Below are positions 61,842 to 64,000 of a stretch of DNA of 64,000 bases, one piece after another. A program made the position numbers and the translations under genes. The stretch's first letter is position 1. The number at the start of each line of letters is the position of its first letter. Source of the stretch: Camelus ferus (taxonomy: Eukaryota). The notes beneath the pieces are model-generated. The model was not told the origin of the DNA, made no database searches, and was given only the letters and a program-made list of their open reading frames with translations. The DNA lies in NCBI RefSeq assembly GCF_009834535.1, contig NC_045697.1, forward strand, positions 117,864,001 through 117,928,000, given 5' to 3'.

Positions 61842-62455
61842 TTGCAAATGTCCTCTTCTTACAAACCCAGCAGTGGGATTTGCTGGGATTGCCGGATCAT
61901 ATGGTAGCTCTGTTTGTAATTTTTTTTTTTTTGCTGAACTTCCATACTGTTTTCCATAGTGGCTCAACAGATGTACATTCCCACCAGTGATGCACAGGAT
62001 TTCGGGGAAATGACACCAAAAGCACAGCAAGAAAAGCAAAAATCAAACTGGTAGGACTTCATCAAACTGAGAAGCTTCCGCACATCAGAAGACACAATCA
62101 GCAAAACTGAAAAGGCGACTTGTGGAATGGAACAGAGCACATGCACACCAAACACCAGATTAGGAGTTGCTATCCAAAACGCACAAAAAAACTCACACAA
62201 CTCAATAAGCAGTAAAACAGAACAAAACAAGAATCTGATTGTAAAATGGGCAGAGGAACTTAATAGACATTTATCCAAGGAAGATGTACAGATGGCCAAC
62301 AGGTCCAGGAAAAGATGCTAAACGTCACTGATCACAAGTGAGCTGCCAACCAAAACCCCCCTGAGATACCACCTCACACCTGTTAGACTGTCTTCTTCAT
62401 CAAGACAAGAGATGGCAGGTGGTGGCGGGGAAGTGGAGAAAACAGACCCTCTTGT
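61842..62455. mobile_element. L1 ORF2 fragment with an internal inversion
   Basis: 61842-~61997 is antisense ORF2 (GGNV...HYGKQYGSS...ELPYDPAIP). ~62008-62455 is sense ORF2 (MTPKAQ...KWAEELNRHLSKEDVQMAN...). Confidence 0.85.
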
Positions 62456-63917
62456 ATCCGGCGATTACCTAGAATTCTTAAATTTAAAAGCTGAAGAGGA
62501 ACTTAAAGGTGACTGAGTTTAGCAGCCATGCTTTACAGAGGAGGAAACGGAGGCTGATGGGGCTACCGGATTGGCTCAGATCCCTTTCCTGGTGCCACAG
62601 TTTCTGGGTCCCTGCAGGCTCCCCGACTCCCGATCAGGGGCTTCTTTCATATCGAGCTACCACTCGGGGCGACTCTCCCCAAAGAACTTACACGACCTCA
62701 CCGTGTGTAGGATCATGGCCACGTGCCCGACGTTTTAGAAATGCGTGCTTGGGCAGGACAGCTCAGCTGCATCGAGGTTTCAGATCTGTCTTCTGGTCTT
62801 CCACCATCTGTCCTCCCAAAGTGCTGTACCCGAACGGGTCATCCACCCAGGGGCTTGCTGCCACCCTGCAGGTCAGAGCAGAAAAGCTTCCTTCTGGCTT
62901 ACTAAGCAGGGGCGTGGATTAAGTTAGTGATGTATGTTACAGAACCAAGACTCTGCCTTCCATTGCTGACCACGGTCACTCACTCAGTAGCCCCAGAGCA
63001 ATCTGTCACCTCGGAATGCGCGTCAGTTTTCATGGCAACTGAGATACGGGGTGGGGGTGTGCAAATCCAGTTTTCACTTGGAGGCACTTGGCCCAATCAT
63101 CAGCGTTTTTATACAGCTAAGACATTGTTGGAATTTTCTAGATAGTAAGTAAAGGAGGGCAGGGAGGCTTTGGTTAGGAGAAAAATTAAAACTTAAAAAA
63201 TAGTAAACGGTGTTTTTCTCCTCCAACTTCTTTTTATTTTTTTTCCATTGCCCCCCCTTTTCTCTGAAAATCCCTGTAGACAGCTTCAAAAAGCAGAACT
63301 TCACAAGTGAACAACTCAATTGTTCCTTGAACCAGTGGGTGGGGTGACAGTCATAAGAAAACCCTTAAAAAATAAAAGCACTGGCTTTCTCTGTTCTGTC
63401 CCAGGGTTGAATCTTTGAATCCAGCGGAAGTGAGTTCATTCTCCGCTCCTGCTTTTTTGGGTGGGGACTGCTGGGTGTGCTTGAAATGTGTGGGTGTGTG
63501 GTGATCTTCTTAAAACTGTGTCTTATTTTAATTTAAATATTTAAAAGCATGGAGGTTAATAGCAGCAACTAGTATATGCCTGCAGTAGCATTTGCTGAGT
63601 TATTTTTTTCCAGCCTTTGTCATTGGAGGGGATTGATGTCTGATACTTCACTGAACCCAAGATGTGCATATTCTGTTTGTCCCACATCACGGACTTAATT
63701 TTGTTTTGCTTCCTTTTGTAGAACTTCTTTCAACCTTATCTCCCCAATACTGCCTTCAGTTGGAACATTTCATTGCTTCTGAAGGAATGCTCTGTACCTT
63801 TCCAGCAGATGTGGAAGCAGATAAGCCAAATCCATACCTTTAATAACAATGTTATATCATATCTGAAATAAACATCTGCACTCTGACACCTCAATGAACA
63901 GTATATACTTTAAAAAA

Positions 63918-63981
63918 ATTTTTTTGAAATGTAATTGATGTACAGTGTTAGTTTCAGGTGTCCAGCAAAGTGATTCAGTTA
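63918..63981 (-). mobile_element. L1 extreme 3' end at the window edge
   Basis: tttttttgaaatgtaattgatgtacagtgttagtttcaggtgtccagcaaagtgattcagtta is the reverse complement of the L1 tail seen at 37.7 kb and 60.6 kb. Confidence 0.7.
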
Positions 63982-64000
63982 ATCACTATATAACTGAATA

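Larger units (their letters stand above)
33005..64000 (+). other. PDGFC: Next PDGFC intron (phase 0), running past the window end
   Basis: gtaaga donor at 33005. No ORF resembling the PDGF-C hinge exon (QFTE...SPSVLPP) is seen downstream. Confidence 0.8.

Noticed and set aside
33005..64000. Further PDGFC exons (hinge and growth-factor domain)
   Set aside because: No hinge (QFTE...) or cystine-knot peptide is visible in the ORF track or by eye. A very short or alternative exon cannot be excluded without RNA data.
1..64000. A previously undescribed multi-gene biological system
   Set aside because: Everything recognisable is explained by two PDGFC exons plus intronic repeats. I see no unexplained coding cluster, structured RNA array or horizontally acquired segment.

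Overview
This window is mammalian genomic DNA lying entirely inside the PDGFC gene (platelet-derived growth factor C, + strand). It holds two short coding exons that encode the CUB domain: 201-396 (196 nt) and 32824-33004 (181 nt). They are separated by a 32.4 kb GT-AG intron and followed by more than 31 kb of the next intron; the next exon is not reached. The rest is intronic: about 11 copies of a young tRNA-derived SINE resembling the camelid Vic-1 family (suggesting camel, alpaca or llama; inference), many 5'-truncated L1 ends, MIR, L2, hAT and MaLR relics, two ERV-type solo LTRs and several tandem repeats. I found no evidence for a new protein-coding or prokaryote-like system; the non-PDGFC ORFs are repeat-derived or chance. 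The most unusual signals are retrotransposition chimeras defined by target-site duplications (TSDs): a SINE carrying an L1 ORF1 fragment just upstream of the second exon, and an L1 end whose 3' UTR is replaced by a foreign polyadenylated segment. Also notable are a head-to-tail SINE triplet, minisatellites that appear to have grown out of old LINEs, and an antisense solo LTR with octamer and CCAAT arrays. Repeat-family names come from recalled consensus sequences, not from a database search.
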